A stretch of 64,000 nt of DNA from Octopus sinensis. Its lineage: Eukaryota. The position numbers and the translations under genes are program-made. Location: the NCBI RefSeq assembly GCF_006345805.1, contig NC_043010.1:3410001-3474000 (forward strand). Direction: 5' to 3'. A model generated the notes under the pieces. That model made no database searches. It saw nothing but the letters and a program-made list of their open reading frames with translations, and was not told the origin of the DNA. Below are positions 13,530 to 25,607 of this stretch, one piece after another (position 1 is the first letter of the stretch; each line of letters begins with the position of its first letter).

Positions 13530-15949
13530 CTAATAAAATACTATTTTTATGTTAAGTTTTTTCATGTAGGCATGAAATTATTGATTTCTTATTTATCTAT
13601 ATATTGATCAAGGTGAGATCAATAAAATGATGTAGAGTCAACTGGTCATAAAGAGAGGAAGCTGAAATATACTAAAATAACCCCCAAGGTATTTTTAACT
13701 CAGTAGTTTGATAAATACATATTATGGGCTTCTGTACAGTTTCCATCTGCAAAAATTTCACTACCTAAGGCTTAGGTCAATCTGAGATTTTAGAAGACAC
13801 TTGCTTGAGGCACCAAGCACTGGGATCAAATATAATCCATCAGAACCATATAGTAGCAAAGCAAACTTCTCAATCACACGGTCATACCATCCAACACTTT
13901 AAAACTTCTAACTTGTAGCATTAGGTAAAACATGTTAACCATTTGAGATTCTCTTACAGTTATTGTTGTTATTCTTTTTCTTTTTTTTTTTCTTCATAAA
14001 TAATGCTGACAACCAATACATATTCTAAGATATCTCACTAAACTTAATTTCTTTCCTACTTTCTCTGCAACCTTCTAATACTTCTTCAATGCAACTCATG
14101 AATCAAGACAAACGTCCAAAGATTTTTCATGGATTTCAATTTCTAGCTACACTTCGAAAATGTTAACCTTTCATTCAAGAATCTATTTTAACTGTTAATA
14201 TACTATCAGGGTCAAATTTCTTTTCTCCCCACTGCATATACAAACTTATACAAGCTCATGACATTCATGATCTTGTATTTCTAGTTTGATTTGAAATGAA
14301 ATCATGCAAGATATTTTGACAATCAAATATTTTGAGTTCAGCATTTAACTAAATAATTATGTTACAACCTAATTTTGTTTACTTATTTGGAAACAAATTA
14401 TAAAGTGAAATGTTAAACCAACCAGACAAAAAGTCTGAAAAAATTTTGAAAGTCAATTTTATGCCAAATCAATAAAGTTTTTTTTTTATTATTTCTACAT
14501 ATAATTGATAAATTAGATTATATTGATTTAATAAAATAGATTTATGAAATTAATAATATAGGTTTGAACATGATCAATGAGCACTGACATTATTTTAAAT
14601 GAAAAAAAGTATTGGGTACATTTTGGGAGAACTACAAGCTTATACAAAAGTCATTATTTGCTTCTATTATCCAAGAGTTAATGAAGAATATTTATAAAAG
14701 TACCCTTCTAGTCAACAAGCATACTATTATGGAACTGATCAAGTTCAAACAAAGTCAAAAGAGAAGTTAAGTTAAAAGTTTTCACTAATCAAAGTTAATT
14801 TTCAGAGATTCCTGAAATAGCATGGAGCATATAGATATTTAAGCTTGAAAATATTTGTCCAAAAATCATACAAACTGTAACAGTAAATAATATCAAAATA
14901 TTTTTTTTAAATAATTGTAATAATTTTACTATGAATGCTCCTTGTTTGCCTTAATAGTTTCATTTGCAATATTCGTTTTAAAAATACAATTACTAAGCAC
15001 AAATAGCATATTTTTCACTTTTCATTTTTTTCTGCCCATTTTGGTCAAATTTATAGAACATCCACCATATTTGATAGCATATATAAGATGCATTCCTTTC
15101 AAAAAGAAAGTCTCAAAATCTTTCCCAGGTCCTTATGTACAAGAATGTTTAAATTTTACATGGTTGAATACACTACGAACATGTTTTCTTTAATATGCAC
15201 CACTGAAGTTGGGTACATTTAATAAAGCCATGTGTCTTTTATGCCATCAAATATGGCAAATATTTTTATACTTTTAAAACACCTAATACATATTCGAGTT
15301 CATACAAAAAAGAAAACTTAGGTAAATCTAAAATATCTGCATTGTTTCATAGGAAAACAAGAAATAAATTCTTGAAAATGCCTTATCGTATAATGAAGAA
15401 AAATCTTATGAATTGTATTCTTATGGTATTACTTGCCAATTTCTTTTTAAATTCCCAGTTTTAGACAAAATTGAATGAAGTAATAATCTAAGCATTTTCA
15501 TTTTAAATAGTCGACTGGATTGCACTCCTTCACTCACTGGGGTGTTAGGCTGTACTGAAAACCACAGCCTCCTTGTTTACAGTGAAGTTAGTTGACCCAC
15601 TCAGAATTAAATATATTGCTAGGAACAGAATATAGCTCAGGTAATAGAATACAGACTATATGGCTTAGAGTGAGCTCTTCATCACTCCATAGTCTCAGTT
15701 AGTTACAACTGTTATAATTATTGACTGATATGAGAATAAAACTGAATACCTGATATTACTTGCAATGTTTTCAAAAACAAATGTGATATTTTTTGTCTGA
15801 GAGATACAAGCAAATCTCAAGTTCAAATTATTTATGACAATTAACAGGAGACTATGTTTTTTTTCTTATTTCCATGATATATATTTTGAGGAATTTGAAT
15901 CTTTGGTAGTCCTTTTTGCAACCAGTGATATCTTTATAAAAACATATGT

Positions 15950-16150
15950 ATTTTGCAGGATATTGCTGAAAAGCTAGGGACAAGAAATCAATGATAAACT
16001 CCTCTGGACACCCCCAACATGGATATGCTTGGGTTGGCTAGCCAACAAGATTCTTCGTTATGGGATGTTGTGTTGTTGATCCTCCAAATGCTACGGAGGA
16101 TCTTGATATATGGCATGATCAATTGAAACAAATCCAAACAAGCTCAACCA
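15950..16150 (+). mobile_element. Highly decayed RTE-like 3' fragment
   Basis: QEINDKLLW.P.HG.A.VG.P pattern, similar to the 55390 fragment. Confidence 0.4.
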
Positions 16151-16767
16151 GTCTATGTGATAGTATAGTAGGATATAACATAGTGACATATCACGACATT
16201 TGTAATATAGTGAGTAAAAATTTCAATTAACTGAATTATTCACGCAGTCAGTGGACAAAACCTACCCCCAAGATATTTTGAATCCAAAAACAGCAAGGAA
16301 GATTTTTCTGATAGGAGTGGATCTTGTCATTAAAACCCAACTGGTGAAAGCAACAGGTATGTTTCCGTCTTATAAAAACCAGTTCTTATTACAGTTCTAA
16401 TTAGAACTGTAATGCATACTCAGTTGGCATAATTTACAAATAATCAATACATAGGCATAATTAGAAGCAATGTAATGATGCTGGTTATGAATATCAAAAC
16501 ATGGCTGATAAAAAAAATAACCCAGGTGTGTGTTCTGTATACTAAATACACATATGGTCATATATGCAGTATAAAAAAACTGAAAAACTCAGGGTGTTAT
16601 TTTATAATACTTGTATATTTCTGCTGATAAAGAGTCATAGATAAAAGTAAATCTAAGTTTAATAAGATTCAACTATTTTTCTTTGGAAATTTTTTTTGCC
16701 AAGAAAATTTAACTTCAATTTTTACTTCAAATATTAGATTATTATGAATAAAAATAAAGATGCTTAA

Positions 16768-16988
16768 CCCTTTAGTGTTCACATTATTCTGCCAAAGTTA
16801 ATGCTTTTTTATCCACATTGTTTTGAACTAATCATGCATTCTCTTGTAGTTATGAGATTTTGATGAGGTAGCTATTAATTTTTAAGATGATATTGTAGGG
16901 TTGGTGTGAGAGACCAGATATGGCCAGTTTGAACATAAAACAAGCAGAATACTTTTGGCCGGATATGGCCGGTTTAAATGCTAAAGGG
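16768..16988. mobile_element. piggyBac-type MITE
   Basis: TTAA|CCCTTTAG ... CTAAAGGG|TTAA: terminal inverted repeats with TTAA target duplication; inverted related copy at 40493-40712. Confidence 0.85.
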
Positions 16989-17047
16989 TTAAATATCAAC
17001 AAAAACAGTTTTACATAGCAACGAAACATAAACGAATTCCATAAACT

Positions 17048-19471
17048 TTAATGACTCACCTGAAGAGATTCCTGTATGACATTCTGTGGTTGTATTCCTG
17101 ATACTGGACCTTTCCACTCATGACTAGATTCATATTTTGAATGAGGATCTCTTCTAAGCAACAGAGTTGGACCATTTCTCTGATGGCTTGCATAGGATTC
17201 AACTGTAACAGGCATATCATCATGAGATATTTGTTCAGAGTTGTATTCTGAGAGAGCATTTTCTCCCAGGTAGTTGTTAGAGTCATCAACTCGACAACTA
17301 TATTGGACATCTCTTTGGTTATTCTTACGAAGAATACATACAGTAATTGATACTACAATAGCAACAGAAACTATAACTGCTGCTACTACTATAATAATCA
17401 TCAAATTAATATGTATTCTATTGTCTGTTTCTGTGTCTTCAGCTGTGTACATTATCGCTGTTGTATTGCTAACAGTTAGTGTCAAAGACAGTATAGTCGT
17501 CGCGGATAAAATTGGTGTACCACCATCTTTGACAGCTAATTTTAAAATATAAGATCCAGCATCATTTTGATAAACTGGGCGCGAGAAAGACAAAACTCCT
17601 GTGTAAGGATTGACTGTAAATAACTGCTTGTCATTGCCTCTATATACTTCATATCTGAGGAATGCATTTACATGTCTGTCTCTGTCTGAGGCTCTTAGTG
17701 TTGTGATGTCGGTATTCATTTGTGGTTGGTAATGGATTTCTAAACTGAAAGGGTTAACACTTGGAAATGTGAAATAAGGAGCATTGTCATTTTTATCCAT
17801 AACTTTAACGATCACATTTGCTGTGTTGTTAAGAGATGGTGTACCATTATCTTTGACTAAAACTTTGAACTTGTAGACATCTTGTTGCTCTCTATCCAAA
17901 GATTGTGTTGCTGAAATGAATCCAAAGTCAGAAATGACAAAAGGAAGAATATTATAATTCTGATTAAATAAAGAAAAACTCAGTTGCCCACCAGGTCCCA
18001 AATCTTCATCTGTGGCATTAACAAAGCCTACAGGAAAATTTTGCTCTTCATTTTCATATGTTAAAAATTGGAATGTATCTTTGGTAAATTGAGGCTGTAT
18101 ATCATTGACATCTTTCACTTGGATGGAAAATTTTCTCTCAGTTCTTAAAGGGGGAGATCCTTTGTCTTCACAAATTATTGTGCTTTCAATGCTACTTTCA
18201 GTTTCTCTGTTGATTAAATTCTTCACAACAATTTTGTATTTGTTTTTTCCAAGGCTTCTTAGCTGAAGTTTTTCATGCTGAAGGTCACATGATACTTCAC
18301 TGTTTCTACCAATATCTTCATCGGAGACTTTAACAAATGCAATGAATCCTCCAACTTTGATTGCTTCAGACACCATTGCATTATTTTCTTTAGAGCGAGA
18401 AATAAAGTTCATGTCTATGACAGGGGCATTGTTCTGTTGGTTGATGACATAGACTAGAACAATGGCAGTGGAACTCAAAGGAGGATTTCCTCCATCAGTA
18501 GCTTCAACAAACAACTTATATACCTTTTTGGCTCTTGCTGGAAGTTTTTGAAGCAAAAATATTTCACCACTTTTTTTATGTACTTTGAAATACATTTTAT
18601 GATTACTTGAAGTTTTTGAACCAAACTTGAAGAAAACTTTACCATTTATGCCCGAATCTACATCTGTTGCTGAAACACGGATGATTGCAGTGCCTTTAAA
18701 ATAACCATCATTTATTGACACGTTATAAACATTCTGTGAAAATACGGGAGAGTTGTCATTTTCATCTGTAACAGATATCAGAACATTCAAGCTTCCTTGC
18801 AGTGGAGGCGAACCTCCATCTTTAGCGATCACTTCTAAGGTATAGCTATCTTTTATTTCTCGATCAAGTTTCTGCTGCAAAAAAATTCCCAGTTTTGCAG
18901 TTCCATCAATCTTCTTAATAACAGACAGAGCAAATAAATTACTAAGGTTTTCATTTAAGTGATATGTGATTTGGGAGTTCTGAGCTCCAACATCAATATC
19001 AATAGCATTTGGAATTGATTTTATGGTACCTCTTCCATCTGTTTCAGAAAAGTAAAGATTATTGGCATCAACTGGAAATTCTGGTCGATTATCATTGACA
19101 TCTTCTATAATAATTTTTAACTCCAATATCTTAACAAAAGACAATTTATTTTGTACTGCAACATCCACCATTTTGAAACATTCAGTGTTATATTTACACA
19201 GAGATTCAGCATCAAGTTTCTGAGCTGTATAAAGCTTCCCTGTTTTGGTAATATTAAACAACTGAGGTGTAGAAGAAATTTCCTGCTGGAGTTGACTAAA
19301 CCAAAGGACAGTTTGTTGTGACCCTTGTGCTGAATTACTTCTCAAAATGTTTGTATCAAAAGCAATGTCACCAATAAAAATTCCAGGACGCTGATTTTCT
19401 TTTATATTGTAGATCCAGTCTACACAGTCTGAGACATTCAGAATAAACAGCAAATATAATATTTTTAGCAT
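17048..19471 (-). CDS. Protocadherin (cephalopod-type, 6 extracellular cadherin repeats, TM helix, start of cytoplasmic tail); large coding exon, probably spliced after Q804 at 17060
   Basis: 807-aa ORF: signal-peptide-like MLKILYLLFILNVSDC; EC1 with LDAESLCKYNTEC (C-X5-C); linkers DVNDNRPEF, DENDNSPVF, NQQNNAPVI, DVNDIQPQF, DKNDNAPYF; LDRE, AxDxG.P and AxDxDxG motifs; TM LMIIIVVAAVIVSVAIVVSITVCIL followed by RKNN. Confidence 0.97.
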   Translation of the reverse strand: MLKILYLLFILNVSDCVDWIYNIKENQRPGIFIGDIAFDTNILRSNSAQGSQQTVLWFSQLQQEISSTPQLFNITKTGKLYTAQKLDAESLCKYNTECFKMVDVAVQNKLSFVKILELKIIIEDVNDNRPEFPVDANNLYFSETDGRGTIKSIPNAIDIDVGAQNSQITYHLNENLSNLFALSVIKKIDGTAKLGIFLQQKLDREIKDSYTLEVIAKDGGSPPLQGSLNVLISVTDENDNSPVFSQNVYNVSINDGYFKGTAIIRVSATDVDSGINGKVFFKFGSKTSSNHKMYFKVHKKSGEIFLLQKLPARAKKVYKLFVEATDGGNPPLSSTAIVLVYVINQQNNAPVIDMNFISRSKENNAMVSEAIKVGGFIAFVKVSDEDIGRNSEVSCDLQHEKLQLRSLGKNKYKIVVKNLINRETESSIESTIICEDKGSPPLRTERKFSIQVKDVNDIQPQFTKDTFQFLTYENEEQNFPVGFVNATDEDLGPGGQLSFSLFNQNYNILPFVISDFGFISATQSLDREQQDVYKFKVLVKDNGTPSLNNTANVIVKVMDKNDNAPYFTFPSVNPFSLEIHYQPQMNTDITTLRASDRDRHVNAFLRYEVYRGNDKQLFTVNPYTGVLSFSRPVYQNDAGSYILKLAVKDGGTPILSATTILSLTLTVSNTTAIMYTAEDTETDNRIHINLMIIIVVAAVIVSVAIVVSITVCILRKNNQRDVQYSCRVDDSNNYLGENALSEYNSEQISHDDMPVTVESYASHQRNGPTLLLRRDPHSKYESSHEWKGPVSGIQPQNVIQESLQVSH
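17054..17062 (-). other. 5' splice donor ending the large protocadherin exon (phase 0)
   Basis: Minus strand reads CAG|GTGAGT with the exon ending at 17060; the ORF's last residues VSH* lie in the putative intron. Confidence 0.8.
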
Positions 19472-19514
19472 ATTTCCCTTTAGAATTTGTCTAGCTGATT
19501 TAATATGTTCGCAT

Positions 19515-19550
19515 CTAGAAATATAAAGAAAGGAAGAAGAAAAAACAATT
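19515..19550 (-). other. 3' splice acceptor opening the large protocadherin exon (exon starts 19514)
   Basis: Minus strand TTGTTTTTTCTTCTTCCTTTCTTTATATTTCTAG|ATGC: long polypyrimidine tract plus AG, 43 nt upstream of the ORF ATG. Confidence 0.8.
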
Positions 19551-19738
19551 TCATTTTAATCTTAATTTGAAACTGTATTTTGAAATGATAAAAATATAGC
19601 AAAAATGAAGCTGTATGAAAAGATTATGTCTATTAAAAAATATTACTTCTTCTACTTTACCTCATTTAATAGCAATAAGATTTTCCATCATATTTCTAAA
19701 TTTCACTGAAACAATGTTCAGCAACTGTAATTTAGCTT

Positions 19739-19739
<1 letters not shown>

Positions 19740-19790
<51 letters not shown>

Positions 19791-19875
19791 TATGCTGGTG
19801 TTGAAGATGATGATAATGATGAACACAATAACATTAACAACAGCACTATTATTACTACTAGTACCACCACCACTG

Positions 19876-19947
<72 letters not shown>

Positions 19948-19951
19948 CCAG

Positions 19952-19984
<33 letters not shown>

Positions 19985-20195
19985 CAGCAACAACAATAAT
20001 AAATGTTTATAGAAAATAAACATTTTCCCTCCACCTAAATAGATACATTAAAATTGAACAAAATGATTTCATAAACAACTGAATGTATTTTGAATGTATA
20101 AAATTTAATTATTCACGAGAAGGAATTCTTCAGTATACATACATACATACAAACATACATACAAACATACATACAAACATACATACATACATACA

Positions 20196-20229
<34 letters not shown>

Positions 20230-20345
20230 CATACAAACATACATACAAACATACATACATACATACATACATACATACATACATACATACATACATACAT
20301 ACATACATACAAACATACATACATACAAACATACATACATACATA
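19740..20345. repeat. (AAT)n, (GAT)n and (ATAC)n microsatellites in the intron upstream of the protocadherin exon
   Basis: Directly visible. Confidence 0.95.
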
Positions 20346-20518
20346 TGTGTGTGTAAGTGTAAGCACTATATTACAGATGAAAATAACTGCGTATATGAAA
20401 GCAATATTTATTTACAGCATTCGAAATGATGTTACATAAAAGGGGTAAAAATAAAACAAACAGATGGATGGACATTTTATTCATCAACCTACTTATTTTT
20501 GTTCATTATAGACATTAC

Positions 20519-20597
20519 CGTTGCATCAGCAAGTTTCCCTGCTTTTCAAATGAAGAATAAATGAACCAAAATATTTCAAAGAACAGATGCAATTTTT
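20519..20597 (-). other. Candidate 79-nt upstream exon of the protocadherin (5'UTR, possibly with an in-frame ATG at 20526-20524)
   Basis: Acceptor CCTCTTGCCAATTTCTCACAG| and donor ACG|GTAATG; splicing to 19514 gives in-frame MQRCEHIKSARQILKGN-MLK. Confidence 0.45.
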
Positions 20598-20740
20598 CTG
20601 TGAGAAATTGGCAAGAGGTATGGAACAATGCAATGGTGATAATAAGAATAATATGAACAGGAATAAGACCATCAAGATTAATGTCATTGCTGCTACTGGT
20701 TCTTCTAATAGCAATGATAATGATAATGGGATCAAAAATG

Positions 20741-20774
<34 letters not shown>

Positions 20775-21589
20775 CAGCAGCAGTAGCAGTAGTAGTAGTA
20801 GTAGAAGTAGTAGTAGTAGTAGTAGAAGTAGTAGTAGTAGTAGAAGCAGTAATGGTGGCGGTGGCAGTGGCGACAGTGGTGGTGGTGGTGGTGGTAGTGG
20901 TGGTGGTGGTGGTTTAGAAGAAAGTTTCCATTGTAAAGATTTACCAGGTAAATTATAGCATTACGGAAAAGAAAACAATCTTGCTAAGTTATTATGGAAG
21001 CATTGAAGTAATGCAAAAACAAGCTGCAAAGAAGAAAAATGATGTTTTTATTGGAATTTCATTTAGAAGATTGGTTCACAGATGGAAGCACAATTTCACG
21101 AATATATTAAAATGCTGATGGAGCAACTAACAGTGATTTATGTGTGTGTGTGTGTGGTGTGTGTGTGTGTGTGTGTGTTGTGTTGTATATACATATAAAC
21201 AAACACATATGTGTACACTAATATATATCTAATATTCGTATACATTAACATATATATACATATATATATATACAGACAAATACATACACAGACACAGCCA
21301 TATACATATATGTATGTATGTATTCATAAATATAAATACGTATTCATATATACATATATACACACACACATATATATATATATGTTATAAAATTAAGGAG
21401 AGGAGAAAACAAATTCAAAGGCCAATGAATATATTCAATCAATCCATATATATATATATATACACATATATATACACACTCATACACTCAGACACACACA
21501 CACATATATATGTATGTATTCATGAATATAAATACATATTCAAAAATACATATATATACACTTTTACTCATTCAGCCATGCAGCTGTGG

Positions 21590-22070
21590 TCATGCTGTAG
21601 TGCCACCATGGTCTTTCTGATTTCCTCAGTCTGAGAGGTTTCACATCCCCACTACTGTTTGTGCCTTTGTCCCAGCTGTTGGTACATTCGGTGTATAATG
21701 GAGTTTGGTTCCACTGCCCTTGTCTGTAACTCATGTTAGGCTGTTGGTTCGTCTGGTATTGTGGAGATGAAGACATCTAGTTCCTTTTTGAAGATATCTG
21801 CTTCAATCTTATGCAAATTTCTTAATTTTTGTGGCAGGACATTGAAGAGCTGTGGGCCTTTGAACCCTAGACTATTGCAATACCTGGTTCTGAATTTAGA
21901 TGGAGTGGATGATACCTTTGGTACAATACAATGGCAGCCAGTTCTGGTATTTGTTTAACGCTCAATGCCAAATTTAGGTACTAGCCCTTCTAGGATTGCA
22001 TATCTCTCACGCCTTCACTCCAGGTAGTAAAGCTGTAGTTTTCTCAGCCTATCTCTGCAGCTCATCAAAA
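21590..22070 (-). mobile_element. CR1/L2-group LINE ORF2 3' fragment (second family)
   Basis: DRLRKLQLYYLE*RRERYAI...CNSLGFKGPQLFNVLPQKLRNL...FKKELDVFISTIPDEP. Confidence 0.75.
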
Positions 22071-22156
22071 ATTTACTTATGGACACAGGGATTTTATATC
22101 ACCTGAGGAGATACAACTAGGTCCTATTATACAGTTTACATTTAAATCCTGTATAT

Positions 22157-22541
22157 ATAGCTTGCTAACCAACCACATGGTTCCGGGTTCAGTCCCACTG
22201 CATGGCATCTTGGGCAAGTGTCTTCTGCTATAGCCCTGGGCCGACCAATGCCTTGTGAGTGGATTTGGTATACGGAAACTGAAAGAAGCCTGTCGTATAT
22301 ATGTATATATATATGTGTGTGTGTGTCTGTGTGTGTGTTTGTGTGTCTGTGTTTGTCCCCCTAGCATTGCTTGACAACCGATGCTGGTGTGTTTACGTCC
22401 CCATCATTTAGCGGTTCGGCAAAAGAGATCAATAGAATAAGTACTGGGCTTACAAAGAATAAGTCCCGGGGTCGATTTGCTCAACTAAAGGTGGTGCTCC
22501 AGCATGTCCACAGTCAAATCACTGAAACAAGTAAAAGAGTA
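22157..22541 (+). mobile_element. SINE family A (5' truncated)
   Basis: High similarity to 6021-6437. Confidence 0.9.
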
Positions 22542-22784
22542 TATGTGGATATATGTTGTATCAAAACATGTGTAGTGGTCCTTAAAAAGCTGTTGAATCA
22601 TACTCCATCTTACTTTTGACCATTTATTCTTGCATTTTTATTTTTCTCACACGAAGAATGCCTAAACTTAGAATTGGTAGTATACCATAATACTTCCGGG
22701 TATCTGGTAATTCTAAAGGTGAACAAGCTCTATTTTGTACTCTAATATGTTCTGTTCTTAACAGAATACACCTCAACTACATAT

Positions 22785-22828
<44 letters not shown>

Positions 22829-22870
22829 TATATATATTATATATATATATATATATATACACAATATATG

Positions 22871-22901
<31 letters not shown>

Positions 22902-22921
22902 GTACATATAAATATATATGA

Positions 22922-22976
<55 letters not shown>

Positions 22977-23174
22977 CAATATATATATGTATGCATGCAT
23001 AAGCACCCACTACACTCTCAGAGTGGTTGGCATTAGGAAGGGCATCAAGCTGTAGAAACTCTGCCAGATTAGATTGGAGCCTAGTGCAGCCATCTGGTTC
23101 ACCAGTCCTCATCAAACTGTCCAACCCATGCCAGCATGGAAAGTGGACATTAAACGACGATGACGACAATGATG

Positions 23175-23212
<38 letters not shown>

Positions 23213-23460
23213 GCATTTATTTATATATATGTACATATATATATATATATAAATATATAATAAATATATATGTATGCATAGATATATACATATTGATATA
23301 TATACATGTATGCATACATACATATATGTGTGTATATATATATATATATGCATAGATATATATATACATATATGTATATATACACACATATATATTTATA
23401 TATATTCATATGTACATATATGTGTGTGTGTGTATATATGTATTTACATGTGTGTGTATG

Positions 23461-23506
<46 letters not shown>

Positions 23507-25553
23507 AAGATAAAGACAGACATATTTGTATGATTGAATTCAATTACATATAATGAAAGAAACTGTATCTTGCATTACATAGATTTTGAAAATTAGCAGC
23601 CTGATTAAGGAAAGCCAATGTAACCAAGATAACAAATTATTGGAATACTGAAAAGTGGTTAAATCTGTGAATGTATCCGAGATTTAACATTGTTTATTTC
23701 TCAAGTGTTTTTCTAACAGCACAAGTATAATGGGTTTTTTTTTTTATGTTATGGTAAGAAATCTAGATGTTTGATTTAGAGTGCAAATTTGAACAGTTTC
23801 TAAAATAAGCATTTCCACCAAAATTCACTTCAATGTAGCAAAGAAAACATGCCCATATACAGATACATACACACAAAAACACACATAGATACACTATAGA
23901 TTCCTAGATACTCAATGATATACACACATATAGATTCACATAGACTATCACAATCACCTACACATACACACAAACAAATAAACACATACTCATATGCACA
24001 AAAGCATCTAAATATTATAAAAGTTTAGCTATGGGTAAAATAAGAATGTAAAATCATCCCAGTATTTCTTTTGATATACAATAGATAAACCAATAATGGG
24101 AGAGTCTCCAAATGCGCAGTTTCACAGTTTGTTGACTGTTCCTCAGAAAAGACAGACCAAACTTCCTGCCCCAGTCAACAGTACAGAATATTTATTTGTC
24201 ATATATATGTTGGTCATAAATTTGGCTAGTACTGGGTGGGCTCATGGGTGTTGGTGCCATATAAAAAGCTCCCATACTGGTGTCACATAAACGCATCTGT
24301 GCTGGTATTGCATAGAAGCCCTTTTTAAGGGCATACAACAGTAGAAACCATGCCAAAACAAGCATAGAGCTTGAGCAGGTCTTCAGTTGGTCGGCTCCTG
24401 TCAAACCATCCAACTCATGCTAGCATGGAAAACAGATGCTAAATGTGTGTGTGTATGTATGTATTTATATTTTATAGGCACATTTTATACATTGTGTGTA
24501 TGTATTTATATTTTATAGGCGTTTATATAGGCACATTTTATACATTCCTTTGAATGCACGCATGCATATATATTTACAAGATTCTCCATCTGAGATTCTT
24601 TAAATGAATATATATACAGACTTGGTTGCGTGCATCTAAAAAGACACATAGGTAAAAGTAATGATAGACACACATACATGAACAAATGCCTAAGTACTAA
24701 AGAGACATGGTCACATAAAATGTAAAGGCAAGTGAATACATCTATATACATCCATATTCCAACTCGGTCACATATTTTACAGACTCAGGAAATGTCTTAA
24801 CTCAAAATGTCTTGTCCCTTTGTTAGCAGAACTTAAATGACTCTGAAAAACATCCATTCATCCTTTCATATAAACATGTATACATACATACATACATACA
24901 TACATACATACATACATACATTTGTATGTGTCTATCAAAGGCCTTTGTCATCAGTTGTAGGCAGTTTGAATACCAGTGCATGTGAAGTTGCTTTTCAAAG
25001 AACAGGATTGGGAAAGGTATTTTTGTAGCAGACAAGTTCATGCAATTCTTCCCTTTCCATGCTACTAACATTGTTCAAATAAAATGTGAGGTTGATATAT
25101 TTTACACCAATGCCATATAGATGTTGTCAGAACCAGAACCGATACCACAAATCATCACTTTTAATTCTTTAGCCATTCCACCAATCTATACACACTAAAC
25201 TGGTTTTTCATTTATGGACTCTCAAAGGATGTAAAGCTAAGTTGACCCCTGTGGCACCAAGAGTGAAAATAAATACTGAAAGGCATTACATTCTCTTCTT
25301 TAATGACCCTTTACATACACTTACACACACACACGCACACACACAAGCACACATATTGGAATGTATGTATATATCTGCCTATATATATGTGTGTGTGTGT
25401 GCGTGTGTACATATATATGCATGTGTGTGCATTCCTATGCGTATGTATATATATATATGTGTATATATAAATGTATATATATATTTATGTGTGTGTGTAT
25501 ATATATACATAAATATATATATATATACATATATATATACATAAGTATTTAAA

Positions 25554-25607
<54 letters not shown>

